Origin: Candidatus Saccharimonadota bacterium
GTDB taxonomy: Bacteria > Pseudomonadota > Gammaproteobacteria > Enterobacterales > Enterobacteriaceae
Assembly: GCA_041941765.1 (NCBI GenBank)
Contig: CP145869.1
Coordinates: forward strand, 120,001-152,000
Direction of reading: 5' to 3'
Length of the DNA: 32,000 nucleotides
Part shown: positions 1 to 10,434 of the stretch, piece after piece
How positions within the stretch are numbered: position 1 is the stretch's first letter
Layout of the letters: every line of letters starts with the position of its first letter
Notes under the pieces: model-generated
The model's input: the letters and a program-made list of their open reading frames with translations, nothing else
Told to the model about the DNA's origin: nothing
Databases searched by the model: none
Translations under genes and position numbers: made by a program

Positions 1-1
1 G

Positions 2-190
2 TATGGTATTAAAAATTTTAAAAAAATGTTTTCATATATCAAATCTCATTCGCCTTTGAGGCGTACAATTTCTTTAGAAGAAATTGGTAATGTTGCATCT
101 TTTCTTTGTTCAGATTTAGCTTCAGGAATAACTGGACAAGTAATTTATGTTGATGGAGGTTTTAATATTGTATTACCACTTGAATATTAA
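2..190 (+). CDS. fabI: Enoyl-ACP reductase FabI, C-terminal 62 codons (5' end lies outside the window)
   Basis: The frame starting at nt 2 reads YGIKNFKKMFSYIKSHSPLRRTISLEEIGNVASFLCSDLASGITGQVIYVDGGFNIVLPLEY and ends in TAA at 188-190. This matches the E. coli FabI C-terminus (..[35 protein letters not shown]..). Adjacency to rnb is the same as in E. coli. Confidence 0.9.
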   Translation, partial: YGIKNFKKMFSYIKSHSPLRRTISLEEIGNVASFLCSDLASGITGQVIYVDGGFNIVLPLEY

Positions 191-225
191 TTGTATTAAA
201 ATTAATTTTTATATATTTATTATGT

Positions 226-2193
226 ATGTTAAAAAATAATTTATTACTTAAACAACTAAAAAAACAATTACAAACTCTTTCACGTATTGAAGGAATAGTA
301 AAACAAACTAAAACAGGATTTGGTTGGTTACATACTAATACATCAAAAAAATATTTGATTTCTAAATTTGATATGAAAAGAGTTATGCATGGAGATCGTA
401 TTATTGCCATTTTAGAAAACAATGATAATCAACCATCTATAGCAAAACCCGAAAAATTATTAGAACCGGCTATTAAACGTTTTATTGGACGTATTCAGAA
501 TCATAATAAATTATTATCTATAATTCCATATTTTTTACCGATAAAAAATCTTATTTTATGTAGTATGCCAACTAACAATATTAAATATCACTTTAAAAGT
601 GGAGATTGGGTTGTAGCAGAAATATGTAAACATCCTTTAACAAATCTAAATGATCAAAATTTTTATGCAGATTTAATACAAATAATATCTTCAGGTACAG
701 ATCATTTAGTTCCTTGGTGGGTTACTTTAGTAAAACATAATCTTGAACGTCATTCTCCTGTAATGCATCATAATACTATTTTTATTAAAGTTGAAAATGA
801 AAAATTATATCGTGAAGATCTAACTAAATTACCTTTTATTACTATTGATAATGATAGTACAGAAGATATGGATGATGCATTGTATGCTGAAGAAATTTCA
901 ACTAATCTATTTCGTCTTACAATTGCTATTGCAGATCCAAGTTCATTAATTATACAAAATAGTGAATTAGATCTATTAGCAGCTAATCGTTCTTTTAGTA
1001 CTTATTTACCTAATTTAAATATTCCAATGTTGCCTAGGCAATTTTCTGAAAAGTTTTGTTCATTACGTCCTGGAGTCCAAAGACCAGTTTTAATTTGTCA
1101 AATAGTAATTAAAAATGATGGTAGTATTATCTTTTCTCAAATGAAATTTAGTTTAGCATGGATTATCTCTAAAGCAAAACTTATATATAGAAATGTTTCT
1201 AATTGGTTAGAAAATAGCGGCAAATGGAATCCAGAAAATAAAATTATAGCAGATCAAATCAAATTATTATATCGTATTTATATACGACGTTATAGGTGGA
1301 GAAAACAAAATGCTTTAGTTTTAAAAAATCAAGATCAACCTCAATATCATTTTGTATTTAATGCAGCAGGTTGTATATCTGATATAAAAATTGAATATAG
1401 ACGTATTGCACATTTTCTTATAGAAGAAATCATGATAACAGCTAATATTTGTGCAAGTAATTTTCTACGTGAAAAATTAGGATTTGGAATATATAATGTA
1501 CATATAGGATTTAATAAAACTGATGTTCAATTAATAGTTAATATTCTAGCTAAATATGGACTAATTTTTGATAGCAGTGTTATTACTACTTTAAACGGGT
1601 ATTGTCATTTACAATATTTAATTGATACGTTATCTATACCTTATTTAAATAATATCATGAAAAAATTTCAAACCGTCACTGAAATTACTACACAACCCAA
1701 ACCTCATTTTGGATTAGGTTTAGAATGCTATGCTACTTGGACGTCACCTATTCGTAAGTATGGTGATATCATTAATCATCGTTTAATAAAATCCATTTTA
1801 ATAGGAAAAAATATATGTTGTCCAAGTCCTGAAACAATTCTTATTATGAAAGAACGTCGTCGCTTAAATCGCTTAGCTCAACGTGATGTAAAAAATTGGC
1901 TTTATTCACTTTTTTTAAAAAAATATATAAATCCTCCGAGAAAATTTCGTGCTGAAATTAAATTTGTTATACAAAATGGATTATGTATAACAATTATCGA
2001 TAATGGAGCACAAGCCTTTATTCCAAAAATATTTATTCATTCAAAATATAAAGAATTAATTTTAAATCAAGAAATAGGTATAGTTCAAATACAACATAAA
2101 GAACTTTTTAAGGTTGGAGATCTCATAACTGTTTATATTTTTGATATAAATCCAGATAGTCATCGTATTATTGCTTATCCAATTAATTTTTAA
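226..2193 (+). CDS. rnb: Exoribonuclease II (RNase II)
   Basis: 655-aa ORF (E. coli protein is 644 aa). The N-terminus LLKQLKKQL..EG.VK.T.KGFG.L, KRVMHGDRIIA and FVPWWVTL..HNLE all align. The catalytic TIDNDSTEDMDDAL motif is intact. ATG at 226, TAA stop. Confidence 0.95.
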   Translation: MLKNNLLLKQLKKQLQTLSRIEGIVKQTKTGFGWLHTNTSKKYLISKFDMKRVMHGDRIIAILENNDNQPSIAKPEKLLEPAIKRFIGRIQNHNKLLSIIPYFLPIKNLILCSMPTNNIKYHFKSGDWVVAEICKHPLTNLNDQNFYADLIQIISSGTDHLVPWWVTLVKHNLERHSPVMHHNTIFIKVENEKLYREDLTKLPFITIDNDSTEDMDDALYAEEISTNLFRLTIAIADPSSLIIQNSELDLLAANRSFSTYLPNLNIPMLPRQFSEKFCSLRPGVQRPVLICQIVIKNDGSIIFSQMKFSLAWIISKAKLIYRNVSNWLENSGKWNPENKIIADQIKLLYRIYIRRYRWRKQNALVLKNQDQPQYHFVFNAAGCISDIKIEYRRIAHFLIEEIMITANICASNFLREKLGFGIYNVHIGFNKTDVQLIVNILAKYGLIFDSSVITTLNGYCHLQYLIDTLSIPYLNNIMKKFQTVTEITTQPKPHFGLGLECYATWTSPIRKYGDIINHRLIKSILIGKNICCPSPETILIMKERRRLNRLAQRDVKNWLYSLFLKKYINPPRKFRAEIKFVIQNGLCITIIDNGAQAFIPKIFIHSKYKELILNQEIGIVQIQHKELFKVGDLITVYIFDINPDSHRIIAYPINF

Positions 2194-2196
2194 TCA

Positions 2197-3603
2197 TTAC
2201 TTTTTATTTAAAATCATATTTTGTGGTTGTATTAATCTATCAAATTCTTCAGCCTTTAAATATCCTAATTGAATAGTAGCATCTTTTAAACTTAACTCTT
2301 CTTTATAAGCTTTTTTAGCTATTTTGGCACATTTATCATAACCAAGATAAGGAGTTAATGCTGTTACTAACATCAAACATTTATTTAACATATTATTTAT
2401 TCTTTTATAATTTGGTTTAAGACCCATTACACAATATTGATTAAAACTAGCAATACCATCTGTTAATAACCTTACAGATTGTAAAAAATTATAAATTATC
2501 ATAGGTCTATATACATTTAATTCAAAATTACCTGATGCACCTCCTATATTTATAGCTACATCATTACCCATTATTTGACAACATAACATAGTTAGAGCTT
2601 CACACTGAGTAGGATTAATTTTTCCTGGCATTATAGAGCTTCCTGGTTCATTTTCGGGGATAAAAATTTCACCAATACCACATCTAGGTCCAGATGCTAG
2701 CCAACGTATATCATTAGCAATTTTCATTAATGAAACAGCTAATCCTTTTAAAGTACCATGTACATATACTATTCCATCACAAGTTGCTAATGATTCAAAT
2801 TTATTTTTGGCAGTAATAAAAGGTTGATGGGTTATTTGAGCTATTTCTTTAGCTACTAGTTCCGCATAATCGGGATGAGTATTTAAACCTGTACCTACTG
2901 CTGTTCCACCTAAAGCTAGTTCATAAAGACTTGATAAACTTTGATTAATATGTTGAGAATTATGAATTAGCATACTAACCCATCCAGAAATTTCTTGACC
3001 TAATGTTAATGGAGTAGCATCTTGTAAATGAGTACGACCTACTTTAACTACATTTTTATAATCATACGATTTTTTTTGTAAAGTGTTAGATAAAGCAGTT
3101 AATTGTGGCAGTAACATATTACGTATAGCTAGAACAGCAGCAATATGCATAGCGGTAGGAAAAACATCATTAGAACTTTGGCTTTTATTAACATCATCAT
3201 TAGCATGTACTAAACGAGTTATTCCACGTTTTCCACCTAAGATTTCACTTGCACGATTAGCTAAGACTTCATTAAGATTCATATTGGTTTGAGTACCAGA
3301 TCCAGTTTGCCAAATTACTAAAGGAAATTCATTCATATGTTTTTTTTCAATTACTTCATCAGCCGCACACATAATTGCCTTAGCTAAATCTTTAGAAAGT
3401 AATCCTAATTTATTATTAATTTTTGCAGCAACTTTTTTAATTAATGCTAAAGCTGTAATTAATTCTAATGGAATTTTTTCAGTAGAAATCTTAAAATATT
3501 TTAAGGAACGTTGTGTTTGAGCTCCCCATAATTGGTTATTAGGAACCTTAATACTACCCATTAAATCTTCTTCACAACGTTCTAGTATTAATTTATTCAT
3601 CAT
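2197..3603 (-). CDS. fumC: Class II fumarate hydratase
   Basis: The ORF matches E. coli FumC throughout ([23 protein letters not shown], and the [15 protein letters not shown] signature). The maximal ORF starts at 3618. I chose the ATG at 3603 because a GAGGA Shine-Dalgarno sequence (3616-3612) lies 8 nt upstream and the resulting 468 aa is close to the E. coli 467 aa. ATG at 3600 is also possible. Confidence 0.93.
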   Translation of the reverse strand: MMNKLILERCEEDLMGSIKVPNNQLWGAQTQRSLKYFKISTEKIPLELITALALIKKVAAKINNKLGLLSKDLAKAIMCAADEVIEKKHMNEFPLVIWQTGSGTQTNMNLNEVLANRASEILGGKRGITRLVHANDDVNKSQSSNDVFPTAMHIAAVLAIRNMLLPQLTALSNTLQKKSYDYKNVVKVGRTHLQDATPLTLGQEISGWVSMLIHNSQHINQSLSSLYELALGGTAVGTGLNTHPDYAELVAKEIAQITHQPFITAKNKFESLATCDGIVYVHGTLKGLAVSLMKIANDIRWLASGPRCGIGEIFIPENEPGSSIMPGKINPTQCEALTMLCCQIMGNDVAINIGGASGNFELNVYRPMIIYNFLQSVRLLTDGIASFNQYCVMGLKPNYKRINNMLNKCLMLVTALTPYLGYDKCAKIAKKAYKEELSLKDATIQLGYLKAEEFDRLIQPQNMILNKK

Positions 3604-6600
3604 TTTTAAATTCCTCATTGAAAAAAAATTGGTCTAATGTTTTAATGAGTTTTTCATTTGGACGTATTTTCCAAATCCCTCTAGATTGTTCTCGATTAAT
3701 ACCACGCAAAAATAGACAATATACTCCTCCAAAATGAAGATTATAATTATAATCCGAGGAAAAATATTTTTTTAAATAACGATGAAATCCTAAAGTATAT
3801 AAAATATATTGCCAATCATAATTATAAAATTGGATAAATTTTTCTAAAGATTGATTATCATATGCAAAATGATTGTTACCTAACCAAATAGTTTTATAAT
3901 TTACTAAATAATATTTTTTGTTTAATTGAAATATTAAATCAATGCAACCTTTAAATAAATTATCTTGAAATTTATTCAATATAAAAGAAGGATGACTAAT
4001 AGTATTATAATAAGATTTAATAATTTCATGTAATTTATTAATTTTAAAATCAGTAGGGACTTTAAAATTAAACATCCATTGTTTTTTTTGCTGATGTTTT
4101 TTTATCTGACGTAAGTTTATATTATGATTTAGATCAACATTCAAAATATTATTCAACCACTCATTTAATATCGGTTTCCAAGAAATATTTAATCCATATT
4201 TATTCAGATGTGTTTCTAATAAAGTACCTTTTTGGGGGTGAGCAAAATCCATTATATTAAATAACTCATGTAAAAATATACATGAAGTAATTCCACGAGG
4301 AAAAGTATGTGGAGACATAGATAAAGTAGTCTGAAAATTATCCAGCATCACTTCTTCCTCCTCAACCTCAAATTCGGGAAATAATTCTTTTAGATTACTA
4401 GTTATAGTAGAAGTGTTAAACTTCACACTATTTTGATTATAAATAATATTATTTACAGAAGCTCGATTTAAATTAATAACTGACATCTTTTTCATACGTG
4501 GTGATGAATGCGCCGATCTAATTATCACATCTTCTTCTGGTGGTATAATATTATGATGTGTTGTATATACTATTTCAATATCTTGGCTTTGTATTTCTTT
4601 TAAATCATTAATGAATTTTTTTGTATTATTATGTGATGTAGCTTTTTGTATTAAATAACCGATAGCGCTAAGATGTAGATCATTTTGTCTTTCTGGTTTT
4701 TTATTTCCTTTAATTATAGGTGCAATTCCTATACTACAATGCCAAATGGATCTAGTTAAAGCTACATAAAGTATACGTAAATCTTCAGCAAGACGTTCTT
4801 CGTCTGCAAGTGGTTTAGTTATCTTATTATGATGTAAATCAAGTATTTTACGTAACGTTATTCGATCATGATATAAAACATCGGTGGTTTGCCTAAATAA
4901 TGAAATAAAAGGTAACCAAACTACTGGATATTGTAATCCTTTAGATTTATGAATAGAAACAATATGTATTGTATTATTATTAGATTCTAAATTGAGTCTC
5001 TGAGGAATAGTATGATTATTGGATTGAGTAATCTGTAATTCTAACCATCTTATTAATGCATATTCATTCTCAAGTTGAAAAGAAGCTTTTTGTAACAGTT
5101 CACTCAAATATAAAAGATCTATTAAACGTCTTTCGTCATGATTTCTTAATAATTTTTCATAAATTTGATTTGATATCATCAATTCATATAACATTGGCAT
5201 TACACCATATTGTAACCAAATTTTTCGATAAGAAAGAAATTTATGAAAAAAATTATTATAATCATCCTGATTATTAAGAATCAGATCTATTGTTTTAGCA
5301 TCGAATCCAAATAAGCTAGTAGCTAAAGCAGTACGTAATATTGGTGATTTATTATTAGTCATTAATATAGCTTTTAGTAAATATAATATTTCACGTGCTT
5401 CTATTGTAGAAAAAATATTTTCACGACTAGAATGATAAATAGATTCAATATTTAAATTATTAAGTGCATTCTGTATAATTGTAGCTTCATGTTGATTTCG
5501 TACTAATACAACAATATCAGCAGGTGTAATTTGACGTATGCTCTTACCATTTATTAAATGTGCATGATTATTTTGTCCTGCTATAATCCATTTTTTTATT
5601 TGTATCGCACAATAACGACCCATAAATTGTTGATATTCACTAAAACTAACACATGATTCTGATTGTAAACAAAAACGTAATGCTGTCTGTGGTTTATTAT
5701 CAATATTAAAAAATAATTGTGAATTTTGAGATGCAGATTTTACTGGAATAAAGGTAATTTCAGGAAATATAAATGGATGTTTTTTACGCATAAAAAGTTG
5801 ATTAATACTAGCAACCATATTAGATGAAGAACGCCAATTAGTATTCAATGTATAATAATTATTAATTGTCGCTTTAGCATTTATATAACTAAAAATATCT
5901 GCACCTCTAAAAGAATAAATAGCTTGTTTAGGATCTCCAATAAGAATAAGAGCATTATCACAATGACCCTGATAAATAGTTTTATAAATTCGATATTGTA
6001 AAGAATCAGTATCTTGGAATTCATCTATTAATGCTATTGGATAACGAGATCTAATACGTTTAACTAGAGATGGTCCTATAGAAGGTTCTTGTAAAGCTTC
6101 ATCTAATAGATGAATTAAATCATCAAATCCTAATTTATTACGATTTTTATTTCTTATCGTAGTATGAATTTCTAATAAAGCTTTAGTAATTAACCATTCG
6201 CGTAATGATGGAGGATTGGATAAAAAATCTTCGAGAGATTTCAAAATAGGAAAATTAAGTATCAATTCATTGGAAAGAATGTTAGATTTGAAGATTTCTT
6301 GGTTAAATTTTTGAATTTCTTTGGGAAACAAATAGTTTTGTGTTTCTTCTTTGGACCAAAGTGAAATTTTATGCATCCATTGTAATAGAATATTAGTATT
6401 CTGATAACGATTTTTTGATAATGAAATGAAATCTTTAAGCGGTAAATCTACTAAAGACCATTGTGTTTTTAATAATCGAATGCGATCCAGCATTTTGTTA
6501 TGATATTGTTCTACAGTTAAATTCTCAAATAATTGAGATTTTAATTGAGGTAATTCACCTTTTAACCAAGGCAATAAGCTTTTTAAAAGATAAGTCGGAG

Positions 6601-7165
6601 ATGACCACTCTTGTAATACTATTTGAGCTATATCAATTGGTAGTTTAGAAATATTACTTTTCCAAAAATCAATAATTATTTGCTGATACAAAAAATAATC
6701 ATCTTCTATAATTTGATGATGAAACATCATTCCACATTCAATCATATGTATATATAACATTCTTTGACAAAAACTATGAATGGTAAAAATTGCAGCTGTA
6801 TCTAAATGTAGTTCGGCTGTTAATAATAGATTGGCTGCTTTTTTTACATGATCAATTTGATTTAATAAGATCATTAATTGTGGATTATTAGTTATTCCTC
6901 GGATACAAGCCATACGTAATTCATGAATATGACTATTAATTCTATTTTTTAATTCTAAAGTAGCAGCTTCAGTAAATGTTACTACAAGTATTTCTTCTAC
7001 TTTAAGTGGGATATTTTTTCCCTTACGTAAGCCTAATAAAAGACGCAGATACAGTATACTAATAGTATGTGTTTTTCCTGTTCCAGCAGAAGCTTCAATA
7101 AGTATTTCACCATATAAAGGAATTGTAATGGGATTTAATTGTTGAGGATGTTGTTTATGAATCAA
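3593..7165 (-). CDS. recB: RecBCD helicase/nuclease subunit RecB
   Basis: 1190 aa (E. coli 1180 aa). The Walker A motif [14 protein letters not shown], the motif II sequence LIDEFQDTD, and the C-terminal RecB-family nuclease domain ([25 protein letters not shown]) are all present. The only in-frame start at the expected position is TTG (7165-7163). The stop codon overlaps the fumC start. Confidence 0.93.
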   Translation of the reverse strand: MIHKQHPQQLNPITIPLYGEILIEASAGTGKTHTISILYLRLLLGLRKGKNIPLKVEEILVVTFTEAATLELKNRINSHIHELRMACIRGITNNPQLMILLNQIDHVKKAANLLLTAELHLDTAAIFTIHSFCQRMLYIHMIECGMMFHHQIIEDDYFLYQQIIIDFWKSNISKLPIDIAQIVLQEWSSPTYLLKSLLPWLKGELPQLKSQLFENLTVEQYHNKMLDRIRLLKTQWSLVDLPLKDFISLSKNRYQNTNILLQWMHKISLWSKEETQNYLFPKEIQKFNQEIFKSNILSNELILNFPILKSLEDFLSNPPSLREWLITKALLEIHTTIRNKNRNKLGFDDLIHLLDEALQEPSIGPSLVKRIRSRYPIALIDEFQDTDSLQYRIYKTIYQGHCDNALILIGDPKQAIYSFRGADIFSYINAKATINNYYTLNTNWRSSSNMVASINQLFMRKKHPFIFPEITFIPVKSASQNSQLFFNIDNKPQTALRFCLQSESCVSFSEYQQFMGRYCAIQIKKWIIAGQNNHAHLINGKSIRQITPADIVVLVRNQHEATIIQNALNNLNIESIYHSSRENIFSTIEAREILYLLKAILMTNNKSPILRTALATSLFGFDAKTIDLILNNQDDYNNFFHKFLSYRKIWLQYGVMPMLYELMISNQIYEKLLRNHDERRLIDLLYLSELLQKASFQLENEYALIRWLELQITQSNNHTIPQRLNLESNNNTIHIVSIHKSKGLQYPVVWLPFISLFRQTTDVLYHDRITLRKILDLHHNKITKPLADEERLAEDLRILYVALTRSIWHCSIGIAPIIKGNKKPERQNDLHLSAIGYLIQKATSHNNTKKFINDLKEIQSQDIEIVYTTHHNIIPPEEDVIIRSAHSSPRMKKMSVINLNRASVNNIIYNQNSVKFNTSTITSNLKELFPEFEVEEEEVMLDNFQTTLSMSPHTFPRGITSCIFLHELFNIMDFAHPQKGTLLETHLNKYGLNISWKPILNEWLNNILNVDLNHNINLRQIKKHQQKKQWMFNFKVPTDFKINKLHEIIKSYYNTISHPSFILNKFQDNLFKGCIDLIFQLNKKYYLVNYKTIWLGNNHFAYDNQSLEKFIQFYNYDWQYILYTLGFHRYLKKYFSSDYNYNLHFGGVYCLFLRGINREQSRGIWKIRPNEKLIKTLDQFFFNEEFKNDE

Positions 7166-7301
7166 TATAGTTGTAACTCTCTATGTTATTATCTAATAAT
7201 ATTCTATCTTTTTTATTTAAAATACATCATAATATTTAACTAATGCTATATTATTTTATATAATGAATGAAATTATTTTTTGTAGTGGAGATATAATTAT
7301 T

Positions 7302-7940
7302 ATGAGCTACTTATTACCAAGTTTACCTTATTCTTACGATGCATTAGAACCATATATTGATCAAGAAACCATGAAAATTCATCATACTAAACATCATCAA
7401 AATTATATAAATAATACTAATATAATTTTAAAATTATTACCTAATGAATATTCAAAACTTTCAATTGATGAATTAATTATGCAATTAGAAGATATTCCCA
7501 TTGATCAAAGAATGATATTACGCAATAATGCTGGAGGTCATGCAAATCATAGCATGTTTTGGAAAGGACTAAAAATAGGAACTATTTTACAGGGATCATT
7601 AAAAATTGCTATAGAAAAACAATTTCACCATATTAATAAGTTTAAAGAATTATTTGAAACAGTTGCTGTAAATCATTTTGGATCGGGTTGGGTTTGGTTA
7701 ATAAAAAAAGGAAAACAATTAAATATTGTCTCTACAGCTAATCAAGATAATCCTTTAATGGGTGAAAAAATAATTGGTATATTTGGTTATCCAATAATTG
7801 GATTAGATCTATGGGAACATGCTTATTATTTAAAATATCAAAATAGACGTTTAGATTATATTAAAGCATTTTGGAATATAATCAACTGGGATGAAGCTGC
7901 TCTTCGTTATTCATATCAAGTAAAAAAAGATATTCTTTAA
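7302..7940 (+). CDS. sodA: Manganese superoxide dismutase
   Basis: [57 protein letters not shown] is near-identical in pattern to E. coli SodA. I placed the start at ATG 7302 by homology and because GGAG (7287-7290) lies upstream. The ORF track's 7263 start adds 13 unsupported codons. Confidence 0.93.
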   Translation: MSYLLPSLPYSYDALEPYIDQETMKIHHTKHHQNYINNTNIILKLLPNEYSKLSIDELIMQLEDIPIDQRMILRNNAGGHANHSMFWKGLKIGTILQGSLKIAIEKQFHHINKFKELFETVAVNHFGSGWVWLIKKGKQLNIVSTANQDNPLMGEKIIGIFGYPIIGLDLWEHAYYLKYQNRRLDYIKAFWNIINWDEAALRYSYQVKKDIL

Positions 7941-8005
7941 ATTTGTTGAGTATGAATTATGATTAGATTTATTAGTCTAAAAAAACTAGATAGGTATATA
8001 AATGT

Positions 8006-9019
8006 ATGAAACCAATAGAAGATTTTTTTCGAGAAGAATCAAAAAATCATCTACCAATCAAAATAGAAGAACTAATTGATTTACTATCTGGAATTCAAAA
8101 TAGCGCTAAAAATATCTCTAATTATCTTAGTCAAGGAAAATTATTTGATTTGAGTAAAGTAACGCAAACTAAAAATATTCATGGTGAAAATCAAATTCAT
8201 TTTGATATTATAGCTAATAATATTATTAAAATGGCTCTGAATAAGCTATCTAGTAATTATATAGCTGCCATTCTTACAGAAGAAGATGAAGATTTTATAG
8301 TCTTACATGATGAAGGAGAAAAAGGTAAATACATAATGCTTATAGATCCCATAGATGGATCATCAAATATCAAATCTAATATTTCTATAGGTACAATTTT
8401 TTCTATCTATCATCGTATTAGTCCTATAGGTAGTAGGATTACAAAGGAGGATTTTTTACAACCAGGTAAACAGCAAATAGCAGCTGGTTATATAATATAT
8501 GGTTTTTCAACTATATTAGTTCTTACTATTGGTTATGGAGTATATATATTTGTTTATAATCCATTACATGATATTTGGTATTTAAATAATAAAGATCTTA
8601 AGTTTCCTAAAACTGGTTATATATATTCTATTAATGATGGAAATCATTGTTATTTTTCATTAGGAATAAAACATTATATTGAGTTTTGTCATCAAATCAA
8701 TCAATCTACTACTCAACATCCTTATACTTTACGTTATACAGGTTCACTGGTAGCGGATTTCCATCGTAATTTATTGCAAGGTGGCATTTATATATATCCT
8801 CAAAATCTTAAACATCCAGAAGGCAAACTACGATTATTATATGAATGTAATCCTCTTGCTTTTATTGCAGAACAGGCGGGAGGAAAAGCAAGTAATGGAA
8901 TATCTAGAATACTAGATATTACTCCCATTACATTACATCAATATTGTCCATTATTTATAGGAAATAGAGAAATGGTTGATAAGGTTGAATTGTTTCTGAA
9001 AAATGATAAAAATCGGTAG
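8006..9019 (+). CDS. fbp: Class I fructose-1,6-bisphosphatase
   Basis: 337 aa (E. coli 332 aa). Conserved blocks include LIDPIDGSSNI, GTIFSIY, RYTGSLVADFHRNLL.GGIY.YP and KLRLLYECNP.AF.AEQAGGKAS. Confidence 0.94.
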   Translation: MKPIEDFFREESKNHLPIKIEELIDLLSGIQNSAKNISNYLSQGKLFDLSKVTQTKNIHGENQIHFDIIANNIIKMALNKLSSNYIAAILTEEDEDFIVLHDEGEKGKYIMLIDPIDGSSNIKSNISIGTIFSIYHRISPIGSRITKEDFLQPGKQQIAAGYIIYGFSTILVLTIGYGVYIFVYNPLHDIWYLNNKDLKFPKTGYIYSINDGNHCYFSLGIKHYIEFCHQINQSTTQHPYTLRYTGSLVADFHRNLLQGGIYIYPQNLKHPEGKLRLLYECNPLAFIAEQAGGKASNGISRILDITPITLHQYCPLFIGNREMVDKVELFLKNDKNR

Positions 9020-9080
9020 TAATTTTTTAGAATTTATTCTCCTCATAAAAAGACTTGATGTAATTCTTTTAAAAATGTTA

Positions 9081-9395
9081 TTAAAGACATTTTACTGGTT
9101 TAGGTATACCAGCTATTTTTGTAACCTGTCTTGCTAAACCTTTAGGAAATAATTGAAAAAGATAACGACTATTTGCTTTTTTAGCTCCATATTGTTTTTC
9201 TATAGTTTTTACTAACATACGCATGGTGGGTACCATATTAAATTTTAAATAAAAATTACGTACGAGCAAAATAATTTCCCAATGTTTTTCATTCATATTT
9301 AAATTTTCTTCCAAAGCTAATTGGTTAGCAATAATTTTATTCCAATCTGAATAATTGATTAAATATCCTTCAGAATCGCGATTAATAATAAACAT
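9081..9395 (-). CDS. tusE: Sulfur-relay protein TusE (DsrC family), tRNA 2-thiouridine pathway
   Basis: 104 aa. HWEII..VRNFYLKFN..P..RMLVK, NSRYLFQLFPKG.A.Q.TKIAGIPKPVKC and the penultimate Cys match E. coli TusE/YccK. An AAGGA Shine-Dalgarno sequence lies 7 nt upstream of the ATG. Confidence 0.88.
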   Translation of the reverse strand: MFIINRDSEGYLINYSDWNKIIANQLALEENLNMNEKHWEIILLVRNFYLKFNMVPTMRMLVKTIEKQYGAKKANSRYLFQLFPKGLARQVTKIAGIPKPVKCL

Positions 9396-9478
9396 ATCTT
9401 ATTCCTTAAAAAGGTTTAATTAATGAACTATTATAATATTTTATTTACAAATTTCTTCTATATGTTATTTTATTTATT

Positions 9479-9566
9479 GGAGGAGTGGCCGAGTGGTTGA
9501 AGGCACCGGTCTTGAAAACCGGCAATGGGAAACTATTCGAGAGTTCGAATCTCTCCTCCTCCGCCA
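9479..9566 (+). tRNA. serT: tRNA-Ser (anticodon UGA), class II with a long variable arm and encoded CCA
   Basis: The acceptor stem is GGAGGAG/CTCCTCC. The D arm is GCCGAGTGGTTGAAGGC. The anticodon stem-loop is CCGGT-CTTGAAA-ACCGG. The T arm is GAGAG-TTCGAAT-CTCTC, followed by G-CCA. The sequence is nearly identical to E. coli serT in the D, anticodon and T arms. Confidence 0.95.
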
Positions 9567-9707
9567 TCTATCTAACTATGTAAATTTTTCTTACTTACTA
9601 CTTACATTAATTAATATTACATTTCTTTATTTTTTTTTGAGATTTCATTATTTTACTACTATGCTTATAAAAAACCTTTTTTTTACATTTCTTAAAGGAA
9701 TTAGTTT

Positions 9708-10016
9708 ATGTCACAAGATAATACTTTTTCAAACTTACGAAAAGATCTAAAACTTTTAGTCAATTCCATTGAAAATATGTTGAATAATTGTACTGATAAT
9801 AAAAATCCTTCAGATTTAGAGAATTTGCGTCAAAAAGCAAAGCATATTTTAGATGAAGCAAGAAAATCTCTTGGCGATTCTACCGAACATATCATGAAGC
9901 AAACTCGTGAAGTAGCTAATTTAGCTAATAATTATTTGCATGAAAAACCATGGGCTGGAGTAGGAATTGGTGCTACTCTAGGTTTAATTTTAGGTTGTTT
10001 ATTAATGCGTCGTTAA
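9708..10016 (+). CDS. yqjD: Membrane-anchored ribosome-associated protein YqjD (DUF883/ElaB family)
   Basis: 102 aa. MS....T...LR.(D/E)LK.L.....E..L, KQTR and the C-terminal tail E.PW.GVGIGA..G..LG.L..RR align with E. coli YqjD. An AAGGA Shine-Dalgarno sequence lies upstream. Confidence 0.85.
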   Translation: MSQDNTFSNLRKDLKLLVNSIENMLNNCTDNKNPSDLENLRQKAKHILDEARKSLGDSTEHIMKQTREVANLANNYLHEKPWAGVGIGATLGLILGCLLMRR

Positions 10017-10023
10017 TTTTTTT

Positions 10024-10422
10024 ATGAAAGAATATCGAAAAAATCAGTGCAATAAAGAAGATGGAATAATTAATCTTACTGGAAAGATAATTAGAACTAT
10101 TATTGACATAATAAAAACTCGTATATCTTTAATCATTACAGAATTCTATGAAGGTAAAAATTCTATTTTACATATTTTAATATTAATAGGATTAACACTA
10201 CTTCTAGTTACTTGGTTTTTAACTAGTTTATTATTAGTCGCTATCTTAATAGTTAATCCAAAATATCGTTTAATTGTAATGAGTATTATTACTGGGATTT
10301 TATTTATCTTAGCATTGAGTTCAAGTATATGGACTTTATATAAACTCAAAAAACTCACTTTATTTTCCTATACTTGCAAAGTGCTGAAAAATGATAGAAA
10401 TTTTTTTATTAATAAGGATTAG
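10024..10422 (+). CDS. yqjE: Inner-membrane protein YqjE (DUF1469)
   Basis: 132 aa (E. coli 134 aa). Two predicted transmembrane segments are present. The conserved P.YRL....I, IWTL.K..K.TL and NDR motifs are present. The gene sits between yqjD and yqjK, as in E. coli. Confidence 0.8.
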   Translation: MKEYRKNQCNKEDGIINLTGKIIRTIIDIIKTRISLIITEFYEGKNSILHILILIGLTLLLVTWFLTSLLLVAILIVNPKYRLIVMSIITGILFILALSSSIWTLYKLKKLTLFSYTCKVLKNDRNFFINKD

Positions 10423-10434
10423 GAATCATATGGC

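Noticed and set aside
162-422. 86-aa ORF on the minus strand spanning the fabI/rnb junction
   Set aside because: It overlaps the well-supported fabI 3' end and the rnb 5' end in antisense. Its composition is low-complexity and AT-driven, and I recognised no homology.
3083-3292. 69-aa plus-strand ORF inside fumC
   Set aside because: It is a shadow ORF antisense to a strongly conserved fumC segment, with no start context.
5056-5277. 73-aa plus-strand ORF inside recB (the 61-aa ORF at 6463-6648 is the same kind)
   Set aside because: Both are antisense shadow ORFs within recB, with no Shine-Dalgarno sequence and no recognisable family.
7263-7301. N-terminal extensions offered by the ORF track for sodA (7263), and likewise tgt (12081), rpsB (14488), skp (23457), proS (30702) and fumC (3618)
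   Set aside because: In each case the orthologous N-terminus aligns to an internal ATG or GTG, several of which have a better-placed Shine-Dalgarno sequence. The extra codons have no counterpart in E. coli.
9493-9750. 85-aa ORF beginning inside the tRNA-Ser gene
   Set aside because: Its first third is the tRNA sequence read as protein. The rest is AT-rich spacer that runs into the yqjD start.
10146-10358. 70-aa minus-strand ORF inside yqjE
   Set aside because: It is antisense to yqjE, whose homology and operon context are better supported.
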